Source: a virus | Lineage: Duplodnaviria; Heunggongvirae; Uroviricota; Caudoviricetes | Virus record (IMG/VR): IMGVR_UViG_3300025316_000590 | Coordinates: 134 to 64,133 of that record | DNA: 64,000 nt | Strand: one strand, 5' to 3' | In this document: piece after piece, positions 39,201 to 51,129 of the stretch | How positions within the stretch are numbered: position 1 is the stretch's first letter | How the letters are laid out: each line of letters begins with the position of its first letter | Notes under the pieces: generated by a model | Seen by the model: only the letters and a program-made list of their open reading frames with translations | The model's database searches: none | Told to the model about the DNA's origin: nothing | Translations under genes and position numbers: made by a program

Positions 39201-42200
39201 CCGACCTTCATTCTAGTCCAGCACAGCAGCAGTCTGGATCATACAAGAAGGGCCGTGTCACCATAGCTGGACTGGGTATCGCCATCGAGAACCCGCACAT
39301 GAGCACCCGCTGCGGTATCGGAGCGAATGGCCCGTGGTCTACCGTGATGAAGGGCGGGCACTACGGTTACATCTACAAGATCGACGGCAACTGGGCTCCG
39401 CGGAGCGAGGCTGATGGTGATCACATGGATATCTTCGTGGCCCCCGACATCGGGAATGGCCCGGAGACCGATACAGTCTACGTCATCGACCAGACCAAGG
39501 TGGGTTCCCCCGGCGAGTTCGACGAGGCCAAGGCCATGTTCGGCTATCCCAACGCCGACGCCGCAGTGAAGGCGTACTTCGACAGCTACAGCCCCGGCTG
39601 GGCGAACGTAGCCGACATGGTACAGATACCTCTGGGTCAATTTAAAGCGTGGGTGGAGTCGGGGAAGACTGCCGAGCCCGCGGGCCTGCTGAAAAATGGA
39701 ACTGCGGTTACGTTATCCCACGACGAGGACGAAGAGGATGATGATGACGATACGATTGTGGAGCCCAACGTTCTGGGCGGGCATAACTACCGCAAGCAAG
39801 ATGGCCGCACCGCCTCGACTCGCAGAAACGTGTTCGGCGGCGAGTCCCAGGTGGGCGACGGTGACTTCGAGACCCGGCCCGGTGTGGGCGGCACGAAGCA
39901 CGTCAGTGGCCATCTGAAGTTCAGCACGGACGTACCGCTGGAGCTTGGCGATGTCGAGGGCCATGCCTTCCACGGCAACCAGTGGACGCAGTCGCCCTTG
40001 GCGAAGCTGCCCACGACCACGGATACTAAATCAGCCGGCTTCATCCGACCTGACGGGAAGCTCGTCGACCTGAACCGCAACAAGCGTGAGGGTTACTTGA
40101 GCCACAGCAACGCCGCCGAGGGAAACCTGCACCAAGAGCTTGCCCGCAACGGGTTCATTCGCTGGTCGCCTGACGGATACAAACTGGACATCCGGTCCGA
40201 GCCTACCGACGAGCAGTACGCGGCCATCTCCGATATTATTGCGAAACACCACAAACCCGTAGACCTGGAGATGGGCGACCAGACCGGCAAGGCCGATGTG
40301 GGATCGTGGGAGAACGGTGTGGCCGCGGTCAAGAAGCTGAAGGACTGGTCGTCGAATGGTGCCCTGTCTACGGCAATTGCCGCCAGCCTTGAGTCAATCT
40401 ACGCTGCCCGTGATGAACTGGCACTGAGCGACGTATCATTCAAAACATTCAGCCCAACGCAGGAGAAGCTGCCAATGGGTAACTACGATTACGAATATAA
40501 CCATCCGCTGTGCAAGAAGCACAACTATCGTCACAGCCGCAGGGGCATGGGGTGCCCGTATTGCCGAGATGATGGCAGCCAGCCTTGGTGTAGTGCGTGT
40601 GGTGAAGGTATCCCGCTAGGCGAGGTAAAGCAGGACGAGCCGCATACACATGACGTGCATAAGACGTGTGCGGGTAAGCACCTGACCGCTCTGGAAAAAC
40701 TACGGCCATTGATGGATTACGAAACGCAGTGGGAGAAAGCCAAAATGCCAGAAACCAAACCACAGCAGGGCGGGATGCTCGCCATGTTCTCACGCGATGA
40801 TCGGCAGGCTATCCGTTTGTCCCGTCGCAAGAAGAAAAAGGAATTGGTCAAGTTCACCGAGGAGACTGCACCACTACAGGCCCGTGCCTTGCTCCACTCC
40901 CTGGCCATGCGATTGATTGCCTGCCGCGACGCCGGTTGGAACCGCCAGCAAATCTACACCGAGCTTGGCCGGTACTATAACTCGCAGGTCGCCGATATCT
41001 GGGACGCCGCCGAAAACCAGGAGGTGAAGCGGATGGTCGTTCAGGGCGAGATTGCAGCCTCGCTGGAGAAGACCGTGAAGTGCCTGGACTGTGATCAGGA
41101 CTGCGACGAGAACGGCAAGTGCCCGAAGTGCGGTGGGGCAGTGAATGTGTTCACGGGTAACGCGTTCGGTCTATCAGCGGACGTCATCACGGCGTTCCGA
41201 GACCTGTTCGATGCCTACCTGAAAGGTGATGTTGTCCTCGGCGACCTGCCTGGGCATACGTTCCACGGTAACCAGTACGGTGGCCTGCCGGTGTACGATA
41301 AGCAGCCTTGGGGCGACGCCTGGCAGAAGCGTATGGCCCGCAGCGGTCTTGATCCTACCAAGGTGAAAACCGTTCTGGTCAAATCTTCATCGGGAGGCCG
41401 ACCGCACTACTCCAAGATGCTGGCTCATCCTACCGAGCCGAGGAAGGCGTGGGTGGGTGAAGCGGGCAACGTCCACGAGGAGGTAGTTCCGCACCATAAC
41501 GTGTATCATGCGAATTCGCAGGGGAACGTGGTTCTCCTTGGGCCAAAGCCAGATCATGAACTCAAGTTTGTGGAGGATGGTAACGTGACCGCATCATTAG
41601 ATATTCCGCTGGAACTGCACATGGCAACCGGCAAACGTGATGAAACCATCGGCATCGACTTCGATGGTACGCTGGTCAAACGGCTGGATGGCCCGTACAA
41701 CCCCGCCGCCCACGGCGACCCCATCGACGAACGCTGGGACGAGGTGCGTGCCGCCCTCGACGCGGGTAAGCAGGTGGTGATTTTTACGGCCCGCGTGGCA
41801 AACGATCCGAACAGCATCGCCCGCGGAGCCATCGAAGACCTGTGCATGGAGGAACTGGGGCAGGTACTTCCGATCACCAACGAGAAGACCCCGAACATGA
41901 TCAGAATCATCGACGACCGAGCCACGGGCGTGACTCCGGACGGTACGGACATGCCCAGCTTGGCTGCGTCCCTCGATATTCCTCTGGTGCTTGGCGATAC
42001 CCCAGGCCACGAATTCCACGGAAATCAATGGACAGGAGGAGGCGGTGCAGCTCAGGGTGCAGCCAACGCAGTCGCGTCAGGCGATGCGGCGATGCTTGTG
42101 CGGATGGGTCAGCCCCACCCAGCCTTCACCAACTTCAAGCAGCCCATGCGGAAGCTCCTGCGGTGGTGTGGCCGGGAGGGCATGAACCTCCAGCAGGCCA

Positions 42201-43618
42201 AGAACGCCCTGAACCGTGCTGGGCTTAAAGTGCCGCCGGATCCAACTATTCGGGCAGAACTGCCCATCGGAGCCCGCGGCCTCACACGCGGCGGGCGTGG
42301 GGCCGACATGCCCAACCTGACCGACGAGCAGAAGGCTATTCTGCGTGGCCGCATTGGGGGCACCGACCCCGGCGTGGCTGGCCGCCAAGCCGCCGCAGCC
42401 GCTGAGTGGCAGAAGCAGCAGGCTGCCAAACCCGCCCCAGCAGCCAAAGCACCCGCCGCAGCCCCAGCCGCTCCGCCGGCCCAGAAGTATGCTGATCATA
42501 AGGATCGAGCCGACCGGGCCGATGCTGCCGAACGTGTTGTTCGAGATCGTATCATCAGAGGGGAACGTGGGGCGGGTGTGTATCGTGATCGTGCTGTGGC
42601 CTGCCTGGCAGCGGCAAAGATTCATGACGACGCGGCGGCAGCCGCCCGTGCGGAAGGGAAGAACACCGAAGAGTCGCAGCACGGCCATAGGGCCGATGAG
42701 CACGAGGTCAAGGCCGCGAAATACAACGACAAACTCGACGCGGCGAACAAGGTCACCGACCAGCACCCAGACGTCAAGAACGCTGTGAAGTCCATCGACG
42801 ACGCGATGGCCGCGACGCGGAACCAGCCCGCTCAACCGGCACAGGTATCGATCACCCCCGCCGACAAGGTCAAGCGGGAAGGTGAACTAGCCAGCACCCC
42901 GGCCAAGAAGATCGGGGATATCCCCGGCGTGGATAAGTGGAACCACGTCAGCCAGACATTCCTAATCACGGATCAGGACGGCAAGAAGCACGTGTTCAAG
43001 CCCGTCAACGGCGAGGCTGACTACTCGGGCGTGTGGTACGAAAGCTCGGGTTCAGGGCCTGGAGCCCGCCGCGAAGCCGCCGCGTACAGCATGGCCAAGT
43101 GCGTAGGCATGACCGACATCGTGCCGGTGACGGTTATGCGTAACCAGCCGAAAATTAAATCAGAAGGCGGGGAGACCGTGTCTGGTACTGGTAGTGCCCA
43201 GGACTTCTGCGACGGCTGTAAGACGGCACGCAAGTCGGCCAATGCCTGGGACGGGGAGAAGGATGCAGCCCGCTGTGCGGCGTTCGATTACGTCATGGGC
43301 CTGACCGACCGGCATCAGAACAACTGGCTGATTGACAAGGACGGAGCGGACGACGGCAAAATACACCTCATCGACCACGGCTACTCCCTGCCAGACGTCG
43401 ATAAGTCCCTCGACGACCGCGGGTTCCTCGGACACGCCAGCCAAAACCGTACTCCGATCTCTGATGAGATCAAGTCGGCGTGGCGAGGCAAGTGGGGTGA
43501 CATTGAGGTGGCCCTGAAGAAGCTGGACATCGGGCCGAAAGCCATCGAGAAGTGCAAGGCCCGCTATGATAACCTCCTGCGTGCTAAAAACTTCCGAGAA
43601 ATCAGCCTGCGGGCTTGA
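33233..43618 (+). CDS. Giant polyvalent cargo polyprotein 5 (3461 aa)
   Basis: Starts MIIDIPIFLGD like 19457; GNQ motifs at 33251, 35723, 36323, 36839, 37331, 39938, 41231, 41984; HExxH, ART-like, PPase-like, HAD and kinase modules. Confidence 0.85.
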   Translation: MIIDIPIFLGDVEGHAFHGNQWTGNAKLAPDTGGGDGGMTEVEEGHDQTMRGEFWLQGSTAMSADGDIDDMNHEAYAIQQARSDLADSLGVDSDDDDADTIIEKYAEDHPDEADILRGSDYSTPEAKKLFEEIGLSPDTLSVAQGFGDSRLWAAAEHGWVRVAGNSVQTVGIDSSKMSEIADGLHDAYGEDVETQSFDVEVVTHDSARPGMVVNSHTYRDVPFQVLGEGNMRRFSEYRDAAFSLSGDTPKPTGDKNNRGESGYWITTHGGHHVFILEGGSGIDEDKLKAAAATLPSTPGFGTAQSRAASRAAGNVISGNTYRVKDLISHYGGQWDGKTKDWVMPNAESTKMMRDVMAGKYNASTASPAPRVSSPAAAPLVIHGATFGIKDVIKSAGGRWNPNGKNWLMPNQEAVEKVRDHVTKNSIKGVNMPDAAKEPAPAAKPEADAVEARQAVRVARANRDGKGTLSRDAENATDHSSRLDNVAMQKKTPESLTAALAATADAATKRRAAADAMIDHNNQIYRDHINWAETHEQRKASLEQELHHPEVAQAAAAEAALIAKPVAWKSHRAGGDVTARSETQQGFTVQSQRGEYSASPDEGYVGQLRGYRVYFKGSDGSQESLGTVSDMIGASGMVNKHLSKNKDHTLSLEVPIDIGRDASFFAPGVPVSYNGLVQHVRDPQVQKNADRIISGTTNKPLIQRRIESDSDLAHIFGGKIDLPTAQHAADITCDELNLLRLTVKFMVGDSGLTNDGFQRVGHYKNDTAQLWGAGQTIPVLLHEIVHHVMTHSPDCEPEDRHSPLFNSTYYRVVNAYLQAIGSTVCLSLDVPIELGDVAGHEFRGNQYTVGIAKDYFPKEMHPKGIGESFVHTTTVKAGSRAEAASKYWAEHGPSHLPRMIPEGRLPRKVSVHVSSSGFKPGMGSETGSGPSRLMPILVHGPGAPQPLERTFKTMKHAANELQAIRNDFASAAHDPIDQLKARVDAVGKWAAGQKNTKFIAKLLEEAHMLHDRLSGGSGKAGMRIQMNLDDSLELGDTVGHEFRGNQWTKHLLAKLPTTDDKSQSGFIRPDAQLVDVGHSDAFDDVKTHAAAALGEDGVYEDEPRAMNALAKAMHVGFIRHTGNGSFEIHKEPTDSQYQTIQDMAEDAVQRGYRARVQMYGAKNIPSGAADNAYVSANSDAEVRGISDRVRMYYQTGKQPYVSPLRLGDVAGHEFHGNQWTNHGLSKLPTTENQDDAGFIRPDAKLIDMGRSIGFKFDKNGRELKGGPLTHLKAAGSHSQLDVAFAHGFIRYYPEHQSFDIHKEPNDAQYERIAAMVHKHAAEDKVSNLELFDSKGESTYIEIEPETPDLAVSKIRSFYSGVKPYASPLRLGDVAGHEFHGNQWTEGAARLEVAAIKASKAREALDALITAKASPEAKEPLAAAWRKAQDEYADIHREVSNMPPQPPPPLGSLTGPDDGSRFDELRKNGLLVKNGRPTGTRDVGPVDIKGWRVGSRDDKYGRGVFYASDDQGAKAYASLHPGEEVKADDLHLTNVLLAGHQDDVSMKLFGKHYGDMMDGLAARNKSEVVGGQKFDVKLAKEAKKRGYDAIIYTAPAPPASGEIAVLGSKKRAAKLSLDVPLELALVTFDDIKDGGRNRVQRDLAQAAADTDTEASEAAKKAGTLLMSVRVEGIDQPVEFGYGQGMLHDVDCTSTQNDVALDVALSGVDAVNGNNHRVDASVSMTPSGSNLTGVNHGQPCVEACAVLTVPKVTDVIEVDIALPMRLATSQANVVHDGTKGEIERFELPGFVSSLSSLSASVTDTLKTRSASLQQNFIKTSHGKVVATPLAAFLTSTDGLGGAVSGTNRALVEQRRVVNEPTNIGGKLIREKHNLLVASTRSTDRKMNSVVDANGRRQGSNHCTPPSIVAGCDPASRGSLDLPIEIEQRSGIDGKSRVDSSNSSSYDDHTKTSLVGCGHAPGVSSTQGQLLCSSINTDADQDVRHQLAKAALETDLHSSPAQQQSGSYKKGRVTIAGLGIAIENPHMSTRCGIGANGPWSTVMKGGHYGYIYKIDGNWAPRSEADGDHMDIFVAPDIGNGPETDTVYVIDQTKVGSPGEFDEAKAMFGYPNADAAVKAYFDSYSPGWANVADMVQIPLGQFKAWVESGKTAEPAGLLKNGTAVTLSHDEDEEDDDDDTIVEPNVLGGHNYRKQDGRTASTRRNVFGGESQVGDGDFETRPGVGGTKHVSGHLKFSTDVPLELGDVEGHAFHGNQWTQSPLAKLPTTTDTKSAGFIRPDGKLVDLNRNKREGYLSHSNAAEGNLHQELARNGFIRWSPDGYKLDIRSEPTDEQYAAISDIIAKHHKPVDLEMGDQTGKADVGSWENGVAAVKKLKDWSSNGALSTAIAASLESIYAARDELALSDVSFKTFSPTQEKLPMGNYDYEYNHPLCKKHNYRHSRRGMGCPYCRDDGSQPWCSACGEGIPLGEVKQDEPHTHDVHKTCAGKHLTALEKLRPLMDYETQWEKAKMPETKPQQGGMLAMFSRDDRQAIRLSRRKKKKELVKFTEETAPLQARALLHSLAMRLIACRDAGWNRQQIYTELGRYYNSQVADIWDAAENQEVKRMVVQGEIAASLEKTVKCLDCDQDCDENGKCPKCGGAVNVFTGNAFGLSADVITAFRDLFDAYLKGDVVLGDLPGHTFHGNQYGGLPVYDKQPWGDAWQKRMARSGLDPTKVKTVLVKSSSGGRPHYSKMLAHPTEPRKAWVGEAGNVHEEVVPHHNVYHANSQGNVVLLGPKPDHELKFVEDGNVTASLDIPLELHMATGKRDETIGIDFDGTLVKRLDGPYNPAAHGDPIDERWDEVRAALDAGKQVVIFTARVANDPNSIARGAIEDLCMEELGQVLPITNEKTPNMIRIIDDRATGVTPDGTDMPSLAASLDIPLVLGDTPGHEFHGNQWTGGGGAAQGAANAVASGDAAMLVRMGQPHPAFTNFKQPMRKLLRWCGREGMNLQQAKNALNRAGLKVPPDPTIRAELPIGARGLTRGGRGADMPNLTDEQKAILRGRIGGTDPGVAGRQAAAAAEWQKQQAAKPAPAAKAPAAAPAAPPAQKYADHKDRADRADAAERVVRDRIIRGERGAGVYRDRAVACLAAAKIHDDAAAAARAEGKNTEESQHGHRADEHEVKAAKYNDKLDAANKVTDQHPDVKNAVKSIDDAMAATRNQPAQPAQVSITPADKVKREGELASTPAKKIGDIPGVDKWNHVSQTFLITDQDGKKHVFKPVNGEADYSGVWYESSGSGPGARREAAAYSMAKCVGMTDIVPVTVMRNQPKIKSEGGETVSGTGSAQDFCDGCKTARKSANAWDGEKDAARCAAFDYVMGLTDRHQNNWLIDKDGADDGKIHLIDHGYSLPDVDKSLDDRGFLGHASQNRTPISDEIKSAWRGKWGDIEVALKKLDIGPKAIEKCKARYDNLLRAKNFREISLRA
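38216..39067 (-). CDS. HNH endonuclease with Zn ribbon and AntA-like N-terminus, nested antisense in polyprotein 5
   Basis: AGGAGG SD; CKRC..CHGC; QNGTCFYTG; SVDRIDSAKGYVKGNIVLC..N.MK. Confidence 0.85.
   Translation of the reverse strand: MVIIRRRIATVHSGFPVDSRPLFDLYRQIKTATGRRVTTRYDGWRRTVVRALSPTVGIDYTIHFPIGTSGRCDQKIMFFTDKFASDVRRFIDDSTLFNQRSIRARNRTAEAIRTGQKRCKRCGDDFPVGSFNKVLLKTGRTSFEGVCHGCRKRAKAAYKTRKFKSLDFALRTVMDNVRLRCRQTHRKCNIDFDYIRDLWNSQNGTCFYTGLPMIYARKVGTRRRHGHRRINPMIVSVDRIDSAKGYVKGNIVLCAGAINIMKHALPISEFYRLVDALYTHRHQ
39135..39163 (-). promoter_or_regulatory. Sigma70-like promoter for the nested HNH gene
   Basis: Minus strand TTGATC-N17-TAGAAC with TG extension; hairpin at 39097-39126 follows. 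Confidence 0.5.
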
Positions 43619-43629
43619 AAGGACAAATC

Positions 43630-43914
43630 ATGATCATTGTTGAAATTTACGAGGCAGCCAGCGGCGAGTGGAGTAAGGTCGGCGACGTGACATTCGATGG
43701 TGGAGTTCTGTCCGCTACGGATGATGGTGTACGCCTAATCAATGAGCCTCTGCAATGCCTCGACGACAGCGGCAGGTACGATATCGATCCCAAGGCTGAT
43801 CCCGAGAAGTTCATCCGAACCCTACCGAAGGTGATCACGGGATCGTACTACCGGGCCGTCATGACTCGGAATGACAGCCCGGCGACGCTGGAAGTTCCCG
43901 TGCGTATTGGCTAG
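43630..43914 (+). CDS. Small acidic protein, putative kinase immunity/partner
   Basis: AAGGA SD; VG.....G...A..EP..DP..DPE.F..G.Y..A shared with 24500. Confidence 0.65.
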   Translation: MIIVEIYEAASGEWSKVGDVTFDGGVLSATDDGVRLINEPLQCLDDSGRYDIDPKADPEKFIRTLPKVITGSYYRAVMTRNDSPATLEVPVRIG

Positions 43915-44053
43915 GATGTGTCTGGTGACGGTTGAACCTTCACCTGTTTCCCATCAAGGTCAATATCATGTTGTAGATGCAGATCTCCTCCCGTTCTCCG
44001 CGTTTCGACGTGTCTGAATCAACGTAACGCATCAAATACCAAGGAGAACGAAC

Positions 44054-44539
44054 ATGTTATCGAGATACACCCGCGCGAAGTACCGCGTGAAAATCAAATC
44101 CCTGGCCGAGGAAGCCAGAATCATCCGTGCTGAAGAGGCTCGTGCCCTTCGGCCCTTCCGTCTGAGCCGCCTTCAACGCCGCGTTATGAGAACCGGCATT
44201 GTCGATTTCGCCCTTCCCAAGGCGAAGGTCGAGGCTCTCACCGCCGAGATTGCCAAGACCGGCGACAACCGCATCATGACCGCCACGGGCCTGCGGCTGC
44301 ACCGCATCGGCATCCTCCGCGACGAGGCCCGAGCCACTCAGCTTGCCTATGCTTTCGCCCGCGGCGTGCCCTACGGGGTTTGCGAGAAGACCAGTAAGCG
44401 GTTGGACGTCAAACGCGTGTTTGAGATCGTGCGGTCGATGGTCGGCTACGGCGATCACCTCAAGGTCGAGATCACGCCGGCCAGCATCACGGACTGGGCC
44501 GTAACCACGGATCCCGTCCTGCATGAACAGACGGCATGA
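44054..44539 (+). CDS. Basic helical hypothetical protein
   Basis: AAGGAG SD; KIKSLAEEARIIR..HR..R.EARAT.LAYAF.RG.PY. Confidence 0.7.
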   Translation: MLSRYTRAKYRVKIKSLAEEARIIRAEEARALRPFRLSRLQRRVMRTGIVDFALPKAKVEALTAEIAKTGDNRIMTATGLRLHRIGILRDEARATQLAYAFARGVPYGVCEKTSKRLDVKRVFEIVRSMVGYGDHLKVEITPASITDWAVTTDPVLHEQTA

Positions 44540-44555
44540 TCCGTCGCCAGATAAC

Positions 44556-44630
44556 GGGGGCGTGGGCTAATTGGTAAGTCACCAGCATTCTAAAGCTGTC
44601 GAGATGATGGTTCGATTCCGTCCGTCCTTA
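44556..44630 (+). tRNA. Atypical tRNA or tRNA-like gene, loop contains CUA (possible amber suppressor or pseudo-tRNA)
   Basis: Acceptor GGGGGCG/CGTCCTT, D arm GGCT-AATTGGTA-AGTC, anticodon arm CAGC-ATTCTAAA-GCTG, T arm GATGG-TTCGATT-CCGTC; no CCA. Confidence 0.65.
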
Positions 44631-44662
44631 TGTTATACTGTGTCTAGTGAATCGGAGACGAT

Positions 44663-44839
44663 ATGCTATCCCCAATTTACCTAGCGTTGGTGATTTCGAT
44701 ACTGAAGGCCCGTGCATGCCGGGTCGAGCTAGGTTGCACGCTCTATGACGAATGCCGCGTCTGCGGGGTCGGCACCCGCGTAGCCCACATGAGGCCGCGA
44801 CAGCGGCCCGGAGGTTACGGCCATACCACGCCCGCGTGA
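44663..44839 (+). CDS. Possible 58-aa protein
   Basis: GGAG SD; hydrophobic N-terminus, CxxC. Confidence 0.35.
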   Translation: MLSPIYLALVISILKARACRVELGCTLYDECRVCGVGTRVAHMRPRQRPGGYGHTTPA

Positions 44840-44851
44840 GGCGGGCGTTTT
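44828..44851 (+). terminator. Probable intrinsic terminator
   Basis: ACGCCCGC-GTGAG-GCGGGCGT then TTT. Confidence 0.55.
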
Positions 44852-45200
44852 GTTCGATACCTAAAGCTCACGTACTGAGCGCACACTTATAGCCCGCTGA
44901 TCGCCGAACGCCACGGCCAGCGGGCTTGAATTGTTTCTGGGCCTGGCAGATAGCATTGCTGGCTGAAACAGGAAGCGAACAGTCAGCGAACGGGCAGCGA
45001 CGCAAACAATCGTAGAATATCGAAGAATTGTTCAAATCGGCGCAAAACTCGGGTTATTTACGAGCAAATTGCGTCGTCATAAATCCTAACGGTGTATAGA
45101 CTTACAACAGCGGCATTAGAGGGGTAAACGCGGTAAGGCAGGGCTTTCTGACTGCGTAAGGAAATGGTGCCCGCATGGTGCCGGGATTGTGCGAACGGGT

Positions 45201-45240
45201 CGAGATCTTACCGAGATCTTACCGCGGTCTTACCAAGATC
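45201..45240. repeat. 11-bp imperfect tandem repeat CGAGATCTTAC x3.6
   Basis: Units at 45201, 45212, 45223 and a partial at 45234. Confidence 0.8.
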
Positions 45241-45325
45241 GGATACGGCAGTGTCTGGTGACGTGTCGGGCGACCTCCGCCCGGCTTCTTTACGGGTTAC
45301 AATATCATACGGTCGGTAACCGAGC

Positions 45326-45354
45326 TTGCACTCGAAGCCGCCGATCTCTACGAT
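45326..45354 (+). promoter_or_regulatory. Sigma70-like promoter
   Basis: TTGCAC-N17-TACGAT upstream of the protease/scaffold operon. Confidence 0.45.
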
Positions 45355-45520
45355 GAACATCTAATTGGTTGGAAGGCGACGCATATAACCCGCCGCTGTG
45401 GTTTCAGGAGGATCCCCTTCCAACCATAGGCTACCTCAAGCACCCAGCGGCGGGCCTTAACTTTGCGTATGATACTAAATCCACCTTGCTCGTTCAATCA
45501 GCACCTGTTAGGATGTTAGT

Positions 45521-45919
45521 ATGTTTGGTTTTACCACTGATCTCAGTGACGCGAGCATCAAGAAGATCGCCCAGGCGACCGCTCAGGCGGTAGCCGCGGC
45601 CATCTTGCCCGTGTTGCGTACCATCTATCAACAGGAGAAATACGAAATGGCATCCCTTGCCGACCTCAAGACCGAAACCGATGCCCTGACCGCCAAGGTT
45701 ACCGGCCTCACTGCGGTCACACAGTCCGTCGAGACGTTGCTCACCGGCGTTGTGGCCCAGAACAAGGCCCTGGCCGATCAGCTCGCTGCAGCAATTGCCG
45801 CCAATGATCCTGTCGCTATCCAGGCCGCATCCGACGCCCTTACGGCGGCGAACGCGAACCTCGATGCGAACATCGCCAGCCTGACCGCTGCGGTGACGGC
45901 GAACACTCCCGCCGCCTGA
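45521..45919 (+). CDS. Ala-rich coiled-coil protein (alternative start 45647 with AGGAG SD)
   Basis: Heptad pattern, ends L.AAV.ANTP. Confidence 0.65.
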   Translation: MFGFTTDLSDASIKKIAQATAQAVAAAILPVLRTIYQQEKYEMASLADLKTETDALTAKVTGLTAVTQSVETLLTGVVAQNKALADQLAAAIAANDPVAIQAASDALTAANANLDANIASLTAAVTANTPAA

Positions 45920-46028
45920 TCACTTTTCGCGGCCTGGAATGATAGGCTGACGGCATTATCCATTGAGCTTTTTGCTACAGGCCGTTAGACTAGGAGCATC
46001 ACCATACTCCAACTAATGGTCTGTACCA

Positions 46029-50708
<4,680 letters not shown>

Positions 50709-50748
50709 GTATCGAGAACCGCCCGTAAACAAGGAGATTTAACCCACT

Positions 50749-51099
<351 letters not shown>

Positions 51100-51129
51100 T
51101 TAGCCCGTGCGAAAGGGTTGAAACTTCGC

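Noticed and set aside
38213-39238. Group I/II intron or intein explanation for the insert
   Set aside because: The ORF fills almost the whole insert, leaving no room for a ribozyme core; no Cys/Ser start or His-Asn end; not formally excluded without RNA data
5145-42034. GHxFxGNQ repeats as a CRISPR array or DNA-level repeat element
   Set aside because: Spacing is irregular (0.5-10 kb), all copies are in frame, and third codon positions vary, so conservation is at protein level
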